Below the pieces are notes generated by a model that was not told the origin of the DNA, did no database searches, and saw nothing but the letters and a program-made list of their open reading frames with translations. From the human T2T-CHM13v2.0 reference genome, Homo sapiens, in NCBI RefSeq assembly GCF_009914755.1, contig NC_060926.1: a stretch of 64,000 nucleotides of DNA; one strand, 5' to 3'. The number at the start of each line of letters is the position of its first letter. Position 1 is the first letter of the stretch. The translations under genes and the position numbers were made by a program. Shown here piece after piece: positions 27,310 to 39,923 of this stretch.

Positions 27310-27425
27310 AGTCAGAGACCTTGTCTGTCTTGTTGATGACTGAATCACTGCCTCCTAAGATGGCAGCTGGCACATTGCAGGCATTTAATAAATATTTGCT
27401 GAATGAATGGATGACTGAATGACAA
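27310..27425 (+). mobile_element. L2 3' end
   Basis: CAGAGACCTTGTCTGTCTTGTT...CTGGCACATTGCAGGCATTTAATAAATATTTGCTGAATGAATG. Confidence 0.75.
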
Positions 27426-30400
27426 TTATTTGGCTAAACTCGAGACATTGACTATAAAGCACTAAACATGATCACTTATATTCTTTATCATGATCATGTG
27501 TGAAGAGGAGAGGCTAACATAAATGTTTTTCAAAGCTTTGGAGTGATAAAATGATAGTTCATTATCCAAGCAAAACAGATCCATCTATATAGGAATATCA
27601 TATCCAAATTTGGCAAAGCCAAACTGCATGATAAAGTCCAATAATCCATATGTGAACCCATCTTTGTGGTTCTTCTAAAGTAACCAAAGGATTTTTGCAT
27701 TGTTACATTGCTCTGCTATTCCATAAAATCAAAGTGGGAAGGCAGGGGCACATGGCCTCAAGAATCCTTTGTTTTCTGCAGCTGAGGTAAGGATTATTAT
27801 CACGTCTGCTGGTTTCCAGTTAGACTTTACATGTTCAGGGTTGTACTCTTTTCACTATGACTTCAAAATCCAATGATAAAGAATTGAGTAGCATTTGATT
27901 CTGTGCTGGTTAACATAGGTCTTCCCAACTATAAAGAGGTTTCAGATAAAGACGTCAAAGTAAGAACTCATCTCTACAAAGGCAATTTGGAAGAGAAGGT
28001 GACATGCTTGACCCTTCCCACATTTTATTATAGTCTTACCACATTTTAATTTTCCTCCCCATCCTTTACTTGTTTCCATTATTATCTCTTTTTCAGCTTT
28101 TCTTTCCCTGGCCTTCTTTTCTCCTCTCAGTTTCCTTCTTTCTTTTTTAAAATATATTTTTTAAAAGAACTTGTATTTGCTTTATCTGTGTAATTTTCAG
28201 TCAGCGGTGTTTATTTATTGTTTTCTACCTACAAAGACCTTAAAAAATTATTGCCCTTCCTGAATACCATGTTCAAAGAGATTTTTGTCTATTAAGTTTC
28301 ACTTAAGTAAACATTCATGACTTCCTCCTGCCCCTTTAAAAATTCATCAAAGTTTATATAACTGCCTATCAAAGCTTCTGATTAGTATGACGTAGTCAAT
28401 GTCAATGTTGAAAATCTATCTACATAAAGGCACTTGAACGTTGGTCTTTTAGGTAACTTTAAGCCTGTATCTTGGTGATCTTGCTGACTAGTAACCAGGC
28501 AATGACAAACTCTTCCTAGTTGGATCTACTTTTAACTCAGAAAGAATGAACAAAAAGAAAAGGAGGAGGTCATAGCTTAAAAAACAAGACAGTCATGACT
28601 GAGTTGTTAAAAAATAAAACCTAGATTTATATTACTATGCTTAAATCATTTAACATAATAACTTCATTTTATTGCAAATATGATGCTACCCAGTGACCTT
28701 ATATCCTTTAATGACGACAAAGGGATGATAGTGTTTTCCCTCAGGGAACTAGAAAAAAAAAACAACCAAACAAAAAATGCACTTAAAAGTTTGTCCTATA
28801 GAGACCCTATTAGAGACTTTTAGAAGCTTGTAGACATTGAATTAGAAAAGATCTGGAAATTGTAAATTGTCTTTCCTTCGTACTGTCTTTTTAAGCTGAT
28901 GTATTGCAATGTGTACTATTGTTTCATAATCATTAGAGGACTTTTCTGAATTAAGTTGCCAGAGCCAGAATGTATTTCTGGGCAATTAAAAACATTGTCT
29001 TTCACATTTTGCTGGCTACATCACTGAGAGGCTAAGTGACCTTATAAACACCTTACATTTTCCACCAAATTTAGCACATTAATAGGAGAAAATTCCGACT
29101 TATCTTGCACAAATATAGGGGAAATTTAGTGCATGAAGCAATTCCAAACAGAATTATATTAATTGAATAGTATGTTATTCTAGTTTACTTGAGTACAAAG
29201 GGTAGCAGGAAGCGAGGGACGGAATATAACCCAACTAATTCTGTTAGTACAGAGTATTAGTTTGACTCAGTTACTCTCAGTAATGAGGATTCATGATAAG
29301 GATACATGATAAGGAATATGATCTTTTTTAGCAAGCCATAATACTCCTTGTTCTAGACCTTCCAAAATGGAAAAATATACCACATAATGCTGCCTGGCAT
29401 TATGAGACCTAACTTCACTTCATAATTAGTATTTATAGTCCCCAAAGAAAAGACTTGATAGGGATCCCTTACCTTGTCTCACGTAGAACCACCCTTTGGA
29501 CAAACTTCCCAGGTCAGGCTGTTTGAGAGGTGGTTGTTCTCTCTCAGTGGAGCTGATGAGTGTATGCTTTTGGTTTATCCACTAATTTTTGGTTGCATTG
29601 TTGTGGTCTGAATGGCAGGGCTGGTTTCACCCAACATATAAACACTAGATACGTGAGCTTAATGCTGGAAAATATCTCTTGAATCTGCATTCTTTTTCCC
29701 TACCAAGAAAGAGTGACAACCGGAGATCATCTAGAAACTTTATGGCTTATCCCATAAATGTGTGGGCTGAAATAAGGTTAGATACTTTTCCTAAATTATC
29801 TGGTTCAGTCAGTCAAAGTTGTTGGTACTTAACCTCCAAAATAGAGATAACTGTGGCTTAATAGACTGTCTCAGTAGGAGAAAAGTTCTACATTTTATTT
29901 TCAAAATGATTATCAATAGACTTACCTGTCATGTTTGAATTGTAAATGCAGATTAAAATAAGGCTCACTTTATGGGAGCACCACTCTCATGGAGAGAAGG
30001 AGTGGCAAGGGAACATCACTCTCTCCAACTGGACCATCCAGGTGGACACTGGGATTCATAAAGGAAACAACTCAACCCATAGAGAATGGAGAGGAGCAAG
30101 AGAGGACAACCGCCCACCTGGGAGTGGCACAGAGCCTCCACTGCACTGACACAGAGAGCTCCGTGGAGTTTGGGCAGAGCCACTTGCTCAGACCATTGCA
30201 GAGTTCTGGGAGCCTTGAATCCCCAAGCATCCTGGCACCAGTGACTGCATCTCTAGCAATGGGGGAGGCCAGGCTGCCTTGCATGCCCCCAGGACAGGGA
30301 TCGAATCCCATGGGGCTGAGCAGCAGATGGTCTGCGGGCCTCATCTGTGCTGCACCTTGCTTGGTGGGGCCCACTGGCCTAGGAACCTAGTGCAGCCACC

Positions 30401-30500
30401 CCAGCCCCGCCTGGGCTGTCGGGCCAGGAGTAGCTCTGCACTTCCCTGGCATGGAGCTCCTGGAGGGAGCAGGCAGGCCGCCATTTTTGCTGCTTTGCAG

Positions 30501-30611
30501 CCCTCATTCCTGTTGCCCTTGGGCCAGGGAGGGAGCACAGTGATTAGGGACAACGTGGACCCCCAGAAGAGGGCAGCAGACTTGCAGGAAAGCGGCCAGA
30601 CTATTTTCCAG
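30501..30611 (+). CDS. Putative spliced ORF, coding exon 2, exonised L1 5'UTR (PSFLLPLGQGGSTVIRDNVDPQKRAADLQESGQTIFQ)
   Basis: Acceptor CCATTTTTGCTGCTTTGCAG, donor CAG|GTGGGT, 111 nt, phase 0-0, open frame. Confidence 0.5.
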
Positions 30612-31264
30612 GTGGGTTCCCACCCCTCGATACTCCTCACTGAGCAGGGCCTCCAGACCTGAGACTCCAGGCACTCGCAGCCTGGGCTCTCGGGTAGTGG
30701 CTACTTCCCTGGGACGGAGCTCCCGGAGGGAGCATATAGGCCAACATTTTTGTTGTTTGGCATCCCTCATCCCTCGCTCCTGTTGCCTTCGGTCTAGGGA
30801 GGGAGCACACTGATTAGGAACTAACATGTGCCCCCAGCACAGTGCAGCTGCCTTACAGAAAAGGAGTCAGAGTGTTTTCCACACAGGTCCCCGCCCCCAC
30901 CACTCCTCACTGGGCAGTGCCTCTAGACCTGGGACTTCAGCACAACCACCCTGCCTCCACCTGAATACTTCAGTTGGTGGTGGCTCTGCCTTTCCTTGGG
31001 GAGAAAATCCCAGAGAGAACCCACAGCCCCTCTGCCATTGCAGCTGCAGTGGTACCACTCTTAATGCCCTTGGGCTACGGAGGGAACAAAGGGCCTGAGG
31101 GATTTACTCGCACTTCTGGCATACCACAGTCTCCATACCGAGAGGAGCCTCGTCTCTACTCCTTGTGAGCGCTTGACCTCCTGCTCTTCACTAAGCGGCG
31201 GGGCCCCAGCCCCTGCCAGCAGTGCAGCCACCCCATCCACTGGCTGAACCCTCCCAGTAGCAGT

Positions 31265-31473
31265 AGAACCCCTGCAAGATACTGAACAAGAAGACCATCC
31301 CCAAGACACACAGTCATCAGATTATCCAAAGTCAACACCAAGGAAAAAATGTTAAAGGCAGCTAGAGAGAAGGGATAATTCATCTACAAAGGGAACCCCG
31401 TCAAGCTAACAGCAAACCTTTCAACAGAAACCCTATAAGCTAGAAGAGATTGGGGGCCTATATTCAGCATTCT
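31265..31473 (+). repeat. 209-bp copy of L1 ORF1 segment 32837-33045 inserted in the 5'UTR
   Basis: Gap-free manual alignment, 15 mismatches in 209 bp. Confidence 0.93.
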
Positions 31474-32234
31474 CCATTGAGGTGGAGTTCCCAGAGGCAA
31501 CTGAAAGCCCCTCTGCCACTGCTGCTGCAGTGGTACTGCCCTTGCTGCCCTCAAACTGGGGAAGGAACAAAGACCCTAAATGCTTTACTCACACCTCCAG
31601 CAAGTCACAGCCTCCCTAAGGAGAAGAGGCTAGTCTGTCTTCCCCATGAGTCCCCCACATCCTCTGCCTGTCAACAGGCAGAGTCCCCCAGCTTGGGCCC
31701 ACAACAGACTCCCCAGCCCCCAGGAATATCACACTGATTGGCAGCAGCTCTGCATATCTCTGGGGTGAAGAGACAAGTGAAAGGCCCTCTGCCATAGCCA
31801 CTGCCAAGGTCTCTTCCCCTGATGCTTCCAAGGTTGGGAGGGAACATAAAGCCTGAGTTCACTGCAGGACAGCGGTGTGCAGCCTGGGACTGCTAAGCCA
31901 AGATCTGCAGCCAGCATTCTAGTGGGGAAAGCTCACACTTTCAGACCACTGAGAGGAAGTGTGGCTGCAATTGTGAGGAAATACAGAGAAGACACGTGGC
32001 TGGGCAAGAAACTACGTATTAGCCATTACACATAAGTGCCATTTACTAGATTACAGCTCAAACTTCAACACCAAAAATACTTTGCTAACATACTCCCCTG
32101 TGAAACTAAGGACAATAATTCAGCTGCAAATAAAGACCCCACACAAAGCCGCAGCTCTCTGAAAACATCCCAAAAAGAAGCCAACTGACTATTCTCAAAT
32201 TATTCCACAGTTAAAGGAACATCGGCCCACACAG

Positions 32235-33244
32235 ATGAGAAAGAATCAGTGCAAGAACTCTGGCAACTCAAAAAAAAACAGAGTGTCTTCTTTCCTCCAA
32301 AGGACCATACCAGTTCCCCAGCAAGCATTCTTAACCAGGATGAAATGGCTGAAATGACAAATATAATTCAGAATATGGACAGGAACAAAGATCATTGAGT
32401 TTCAGAAGAAAGTCAAAACCCCACCCAAGTAATCTAAGGCTTACAATACAACGATACAGGAGTCACAAGGCAAAATGACTATCATAAGAAGACCCAAACT
32501 GATCTGATAGAGCTGGAAAAAACACTACAAGAATTTCATAATACAATCACAAGTATTAATGACAGAATAGACCAAGCTGAGGAAAGACTCTCAGAGTTCA
32601 AAGACTGGATCTCTGAACTAACTCAATAAGACAAAAATAAAGAAAAAAATAATAAAAAAGAATGAACAAAGCCTCCGAGACATATGGGATTATGTAAAGA
32701 GACAAAATGTACAACTCATTGGCATCTCTGAAAGAGAGAGGGAGAAAGCAAGCAACTTGGAAAAGATATCTCAGGATATCATTCAAAATTCCCCCAAACT
32801 CATTAGAGAGGCTGGCATTCAAATTCAAGAATGTAAAGAACCCCTGCAAGATACTGCTCAAGAAGACCATCCCTAAGACACACAGTCATCAGATTATCCA
32901 AAGTCAAAACAAAGGAAAAAATGTTAAAGGCAGCTGGAGAGAAGGGACAGTTCATCTACAAAGGGAACCCCATCAAGCTAACAGCAAACCTTTCAGTAGA
33001 AACCCTACAAGCCAGAAGAGATTAGCGGCCTATATTCAGCATTCTTGAAGGAAAGAAATTCCAACCAAGAATCTCATATCCAGCCAAACTAAGCTTCATA
33101 AGCAAACAAGAAATAAGATCCTTTTCAGACAAGCAAATGCTAAGGGAGTTTGTTACCAGCAGACCTGCCTTACAAGAGGTCCTGTAGGGAATGCTAAATA
33201 TGGAAAGGAAAGACTGTTACTGGCCACTACAAAAACATACTTAA
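32235..33244 (+). pseudogene. L1 ORF1p remnant
   Basis: ORF1-like peptides broken by stops and frameshifts. Confidence 0.8.
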
Positions 33245-33310
33245 CTACATAGACCATTGACACTACAAAGCAACCACACAAACAAGTCTTCATAATAAGC
33301 AGCTAACAAC

Positions 33311-36300
33311 ATGATGATAGGATCAAATCCACACATATCAATACTAGCCTTGAATGTAAATGGGCTAAATTCTCCATTTAAAAGGCATAGAGTGTCAAGT
33401 TGGATAAAGAAGCAAGACCCAATAGTACGCTCTCTTCAAGAGACCTATCTCACATGCAATGATACTCATAGCCTCAAAATAAAGAAATGGAGAAAAATCT
33501 ACCAAGCAAATGGAAAAGAGAAAAAAGTAGGGGTTACTATTCTAATTTCAGACAAAACAGACTTTAAATCAACAAAGATCAAAAAAGACAAAGAAGGGAA
33601 TTAGATAATGGTAAAAGGTTCAATTAAACAGGAAGACTTAACTATCCTAAATATATATGCCCCTAACACAGGAGCACCCAGATTCATAAACCAAGTTCTT
33701 TGACATCTATGAAGGAACTTGGATAATGCTGGTATTATCCAAGGGATTTATGAAGGGACACAATAATGCTGGTAGACTTCAGCACCGTCACTGACAGTAA
33801 TAGACAGATTATTGAGGCAGAAATCTAAAAAATATATTCAGGACCTAAACTTGACACTTGACCAAGTATACCTAATAGACATCTACAGAACTCTCTGCCC
33901 CAAAACAACAGAATATACATTTCCCTCATTTGCACATGGCACATACTCTAAAATCAACTACACAGTAGGACATAAAACAATCCTCAGCAAATTCAAAAAA
34001 TCCCCTGTCAGACCACAACACAATAAAAATAGAAATCAATTCTAAGAAAATTGCTCAAAACCATAAAATTACATGGAAATTAAACAACCTACTCTTAAAT
34101 GAACTTTGGGTAAACAATGAAATTAAGGCAGAAATCAAGAAAAGAAATTTTTTTAACTAATGAGAATAAAGTTACAACATACCAGAATCTCTGGGACATA
34201 GCTACAGCAGTGTTAAGAGGGCAGTTTATAACATTAAACACCCACATCAAAAAGTTAGAAAGATCTCAAATTAACAACCTAACAGCACACCAAAAGGAAC
34301 TAGAGAAACAAGAGCACACCAACCCCAAAGCTCATAGAAGACAAGAAACCATCAAAATCAGAGCTGAACTCAAGGAAATTGAGATGCAAAAAAAAAAAAA
34401 AAAAAAAAAAAAAAACCAAAAACGAATCCAGGAATTGGGTTTTTGAAAAGAATTAGCATTATATACAGATAAACCACTAGCTAGGCTAATAAAGAAAAAA
34501 GAGAGAGAAGATCCAAATAAACATATTTGGAAATAACAAAGGGGATGTCACCACTGACCCCACAGCAATACAAAACCCCTCAGAGACTACTGCAAACACC
34601 TCTATGCACACAAGCTAGAAAACCCAGAAGAAATGGATAAATTCTGGGAAAATACAACCACCCAAGACTGAACCAGAAAGAAATTGAATGCCTGAACAGA
34701 CCAATAATGAGTTCCAAAATTAAATCAGTAATAAAAAGCCTACCAACAAGAAAAAGCCCAGGACCCAACAGATTCAGAGCTGAATTCTACCAGATGTATA
34801 AAGAAGAGCTGGTACCACTCATACTAAAACTATTCCAAAATATTGAGGAGGAAGGACTCCTCCCTAGGGCCTTCTATGAGGCCAACATCATTCTGATGCC
34901 AAAATCTGGCAGAGACACAACAACAATAAAAAACAAAATTTCAGACCAATATCTTTTATGAACATAGATGCAAAAATTCTCAACAAAATACTAGGAAACT
35001 GAATGCAGCAGCACATCAAAAAGCTAATCCACCATGATCAGGCAGGCTTTATCCCTGAGATGCAAGGTTGGTTCAATATAGGCAAATCGATAAATGTGAT
35101 TCATCACGTTAACAGAACTAAAAACAAAAAATCACATAATTATCTCAATAGATGCAGAAAAGGCTTTCAATAACATTCAACATCCCTTTATGTTAAAACC
35201 ATCAAAAAACTAGACATCAAAGGAACATATCTCAAAATAATAAGAGTCATCTAATGACAGACTCACAGCCAGTATTATACTGAACAGGCAAAAGCTGGAA
35301 GCATTCCCCTTGAGAACTGGAACAAGACAAGGATTCCCACTTTTACCACTCCTATTCAGCATAGTACTGGAAGTCCTAGCCAGAGCAACAAGGCAAGAGA
35401 AAGAAATAAAAGACTTCCAAAATAGGAAGAGAGGAGGTCAAACTATCCCTGTTTATAGATGATATAATTCTATACCTAGAAAATCCTATAGCCTCTACCC
35501 AAAAGCTCATTGATCAGATAAACAACCTCAGGAAAGTCTCAAGATACAAAATCAATGTACAAAAATTGGTAGCATTCCTATACACCAACAACATCCAAAC
35601 TGAGAGCCAAATCAATAATACAATCCCATTCATAATAGCCACAAAAAGAATAAAATATCTAGGAAAACAGCTAGCCAGGAAGGTGAAAGATCTTTACAAT
35701 GAGAATACAAAACACTGCTTAAAGAAATCAGAGATGACACAAACACATGGAAAAATATTCTGTGCTCATGGATAGGAAGATTCAATATTGTTAAAATAGC
35801 CATACTGCCAATGCAATTTACAGATTCAATGTTATTCATATCAAACTACCAATGACATTCTTTTCAGAATTAGAAAAATCTATTTTAAAATTCATATGGC
35901 ACCAAAAAAGAGCCTGAATAGCCAAGGGTATCCTTAACAAAAAGAATAAAGCTGGAGGCATCATGTTACCTGACTTCGAACTATACTAAAGGCTACAGTA
36001 ACCAAAAAAACATGAAACTGGTGCAAAACCAGGCACATAGACCAATAGAGCAGACTAGAGGGCCCAGAAATAATGCCACACATCTACAACCATCTGATCT
36101 TTGACAAAGTTGACAAAAACAAGCAATGGGGAAAGGACCTCCTATTCAATAAATGGTGCTGGGGTAACTGGCTACCCATATGCAAAGGACTGACCCCTTC
36201 CTTACACTATATACGAAAATCTATTCATGATGGATTAAAGACTTAAATGTAAAACTTAAAACTATAAAGACTCTGGAAGATAACCTAGGAAATACTCTTC

Positions 36301-37150
36301 TGGACATAGACCCTGGCAAACATTTCATGATGAAGATGCCAAAAGCAATTTCAACAAAAATAAAAATTGACAAATGGGACCTAATTAAACTAAAGAGCTT
36401 CTGCATAGCAAAAGAAACTATCAACAAAGTAAACAGACAAGGCATAGAATGGGAGAAAATGTTTGCAAACTATGCATCTGATTCTAAGCATCTATATTCT
36501 TATAGATTCTAATATCCAGAATTTATAAATAGCTTAAACAAAGTAAGAAGCAAAAAACAAATAACCCCATTAAAAAGTAGGCAAAGGACATGAACAGATG
36601 CTTTTCAAAAGAAGACATACACATGACCAACAAGCACATGAAAAAATGTTCAACATCATGGATCATTAGAGAAAGGCAAATCAAAAGCATAATGAGATAC
36701 CATCTCACAAAAATCAGAATGGCTATTATTAAAAAGTAAAAAAATAACAGATGTTGGTGAGGTTGCAGAGAAAAAGGAATGCTTATACACTGCTGGTGGG
36801 AATGTAAATTAGTTCAGCTGTTGTGGAAAGCAGTGTGGTGATTTCTCAAATAACAAAACAGAATTACCATTTGACCCAGCAATTCCATTATTGGATATAT
36901 ACCAAAAGGAATATAAATTGTTCTACCATAAAGACATATGCATGTATAGGTTCATCACAGCAATATTCACTGTAGCAAAGACATGGAACCAACTTAAATG
37001 CCCATCAAGAGCAGACTGGATAAAGAAAATGTGGTACACATACAGCATGGAATACTATACAGCCATAAAAAGAACAAAATCACATCCTTTTTAGCCATTA
37101 TCCCTAGCAAGACAACCCAGGAACAGAAAATCAAATACCACAAATAATAA
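33311..37150 (+). pseudogene. L1 ORF2p (endonuclease/RT) remnant
   Basis: EN N-terminus LNVNGLN...LQET; KSPGP..F.AEFYQ; RT motif F(I)DDII near 35453-35470; many stops and frameshifts. Confidence 0.88.
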
Positions 37151-37349
37151 GTGGGAGCTAAAGATTGAGAACACATAAACACAAAGAAGGGAACAGACAC
37201 CAGGGCCTACTTGAAGGTGGAGAGTGAGAAGAAGGAGAGGATTGAAAAACTTCCTATCAGGTATTATGCTTATTATTTGAGTGGTGAAATAATCTGTACA
37301 CCAAACCCCTGTGACATGCAATTTACCTATATAATAAAACTGTACATGT

Positions 37350-37520
37350 AGCTCTGAACAAGAAATATACTTTCTGTTTCCATTTTCCTATCTGTAAAAC
37401 AGGGGTAATAATAGCTTCCTCATAAAGTTCTGAGGATTAAATTAGCTAATACAAATAAAGTACTTAAAACAGTCCCTGGCATGTGCTAAGTACTTAATTC
37501 ATGTTGGATATTATATTATT
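37350..37520 (+). mobile_element. MIR 3' half
   Basis: TTTTCCTATCTGTAAAACAGGGGTAATAATAG...GAGGATTAAATTAG...AAAGTACTTAAAACAGTCCCTGGCA. Confidence 0.75.
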
Positions 37521-37562
37521 AATAATTGCAAATATAAAATAAAGAACATTCTACAACAACAG

Positions 37563-37587
37563 AGAAAGACAAAGACTTCTGAAGAAG
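37563..37587 (+). CDS. Putative spliced ORF, 25-nt microexon (RKTKTSEE+G)
   Basis: Acceptor ACAACAG (weak pyrimidine tract), strong donor AAG|GTATGT, phase 0-1. Confidence 0.4.
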
Positions 37588-37667
37588 GTATGTACTCTGA
37601 ATCCACTAGATAATCAATTTGAAGAGTAAAGTTTTTTAAAAACCTGAGACTGGAAAACATACTAAAA

Positions 37668-37826
37668 TTTTGCTCTTCAAAGTGTGTGGTCCATAGACCA
37701 GCAACATTGACATCAGCCAGGAGCTCATTAGCAATGCAGACTCTCAGGCCCCAGCCCAGACCTACCCAACCAGTTGTCTTGACAAGATGCCTAGGTGGTT
37801 TCTAAGTACATTAGCGTACACTACTG
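37668..37826 (+). mobile_element. MER5A hAT-Charlie
   Basis: TCAAAGTGTGTGGTCCATAGACCAGCAACATT...ATGCAGACTCTCAGGCCCCAGCCCAGACCTAC. Confidence 0.8.
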
Positions 37827-38499
37827 TTTTATGTTTTTTAGATGTAACTTTTTTAGGAGATAATTTTTTTCAACAGGTTTTTATCTTCAGGCTATGTCAT
37901 TGAATGGAATATTGATATACCTAATTTTCTTTTATATTTCCTATAAAAATTCCACTTTGAAAAGCTCTATTTATCATGACTGTCTAGGGCACACTTTGTA
38001 GAAGAGCAACATAGAAATAGAGCAGAAAGAGCAGAAACACCTTAGTTTGCATCCCTACCCCTCATTTCTGTCATCAGAGTGAAGGCCAAAATGTCTTCCC
38101 ACCTGTTGACCAAGAGGCAGACCTGCCTCCCCAAATGCCCAGACACACTGTCTTTGCCTTCCTTGCTTTGTACCTAAAAGGAGATGTGTTTCTGCAGCTC
38201 CAACGTCAGTTTTCTTCTCTCTTTTAAGGCCAACTCTTTCTCCAATAACATACAGGCTGCTCTTGGCTTTGGAGCCCTCCACCTGCTTATCACTCCTGCC
38301 CAGTGGATGGTCCTGTCTCATTGATGGCTCACCTCACTTCTGGATGGAACCAGGGCTTGGGAGGGGTAGTCATCTGCATGTGCTAGGGTATCCTCTGTGA
38401 CAGCCTTCGTGGAGCATATGAGTGAGAGGCATCACTACCGCCACTTCTGATAGAGAAGAAATTATTGCCAACAAGGGAATCAGTTGTGGTAGGATGCAC

Positions 38500-38635
38500 A
38501 AGCATGCACGTGCACGCGCACACACACACTACACACACATCCAGATACACACACATACACCACACACATTCATACACTGCACCACACACACACATACACA
38601 TGCATATATACATACTCCTCTCCCAAGGACACACA
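38500..38635. repeat. Degenerate (CA)n / alternating purine-pyrimidine tract
   Basis: Read directly. Confidence 0.85.
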
Positions 38636-39499
38636 TTGGTTTTTAGAGAAAGTACAATCGAAATCAGTGTTTTTCAACCTAAGATCTAGGAATGTATTTT
38701 TTCCTTTCCAAGATAACATTTTTTGCCTTTAAAAACAAAAGAGTGTTTACATTTAGAAGCACTGGTCTTAATCCTTAGGAAGGAATAGAACCCTTTTCCT
38801 AATTGCCCTGTAATTTTTCAAACCAGCCTGTCTCACAACAGCAATATTTTGATGATTACATTACAGCTTCATCCCCTAAGCTCTGCCCTATCTCATAATC
38901 TGAATGAACACCCATCTCCTAATGGCTGCTCCCTGGCCACCCTGCAGCCCTGTAAGAGACTGCTTCATCTCCCAGGCTCAGAGAGCCGACCTCAAACTCC
39001 CTCTCTTTCTGTCCCTCTCTGAACCTGCTTGACAGGAGGGCAAGGAGATTATTTTCCTCCTGTCACCTGGTGGTAAACAGAAAAGCAGCCCAGACTGAGG
39101 AGTCGATTGGCTGCCTGGCGGCTGCCCACCACAACAGAACTGGGGTCTTGCTCTCCTTGGAGGTCTTAGCATCATGTTGGCCCCGCTTCTTGTCTGGGGT
39201 TGGAGTTGACTGCAAAGCATTGATTCCCTAAGGAATTGGAATGGTGTGAAGGGCTGACTTTTCTTTCTAAGATATTTACTTTGGGATGTTTGCAGACATT
39301 TTTCCTAATTCTAAAGGAAAATCATCTACATAGAAGACTGTGATGGAAATACAGGAATGGCATCCCAGGGACCTGGTAGTGTGCCCCCTTTCTCAGCCTC
39401 AAGCCCTTAACTATAAAATCAGCTAAAATACCTCATAATGCTGAAAAACAGTATGTTTTTCTTAAATATGTGGTACATGGTTTATTTCATATTTTTTCA

Positions 39500-39780
39500 C
39501 ACAATTTATTGTTTAAAATTTATATTCTACCTTGTCTCAGAAAGGATTTCAGGGGTGTTACAAGGGTACGTAAAATAACAAGATAGCATACATTAGAAAT
39601 ACGTGAAGAACAAAAGGGGAAAACAAAGACGGGGCATAAAAGGGAACCAGGCTGTAGTTAGAACTTCCAGGCATCCCTTGAAGTCTTGCCCTTTTGCTTC
39701 AGGAAAATGTTGCAGATTGCTTTTGCAACCCAATAAGGCAAATGAAAGGAAAGGAACATAACTCTCCTTATGAGCAAGGC
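39500..39780 (-). mobile_element. L4 (RTE-X) LINE 3' end
   Basis: ATTTATATTCTACCTTGTCTCAGAAAGGATTTCAGGGGTGTTACA resembles the reverse complement of the L4 terminal stem-loop. Confidence 0.5.
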
Positions 39781-39923
39781 AATCAGTAATAGCATCTGTA
39801 GCAGGTGTGGAAAAACCTTTTTGTTTCTAAGCACCACTGACCTGCCAAAAATTTAATCAAAGATTTTGTGTAAGTACAAGACAACTGATTGTGAGTTTTT
39901 GTTGTTGTCATTTGGAGATGGAC

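Larger units (their letters stand above)
30430..31870 (+). repeat. About five diverged monomers of about 270 bp in the L1 5'UTR
   Basis: Recurring GCTCTGC/ACTTCCCTGG...GGAGGGA(G/A)CA motifs near 30433, 30701, 30983, 31470 and 31747. Confidence 0.7.
29978..37347 (+). mobile_element. Near full-length decayed L1PA16-type LINE-1 (5'UTR about 29978-32234, ORF1, ORF2, 3'UTR)
   Basis: GC-rich monomeric 5'UTR; ORF1 MRKNQCKNSGNSK; ORF2 MMIGSNPHISILALNVNGLN; 3'UTR GAAAAACTTCCTATCAGGTATTATGCTTATTA...CCAAACCCCTGTGACATGCAATTTACC. Confidence 0.92.

Noticed and set aside
27767-27792. 5-nt microexon pattern TTTTCTGCAG|CTGAG|GTAAGG
   Set aside because: It resembles a decayed antisense MIR core (TTTTACAGATGAGGAAA), and 5 nt is neither frame-preserving nor otherwise supported.
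30430-31870. Periodic repeats as a CRISPR-like array or novel satellite
   Set aside because: They are long diverged monomers of an old L1 5'UTR, with no repeat-spacer structure, in eukaryotic context.
34388-34415. A28 tract inside L1 ORF2 as a separate retro-insertion
   Set aside because: No TSD; it fits slippage expansion of a native A-run.
32235-37150. Active L1
   Set aside because: Both ORFs have many stops and frameshifts, and no clear poly-A tail or TSD remains.
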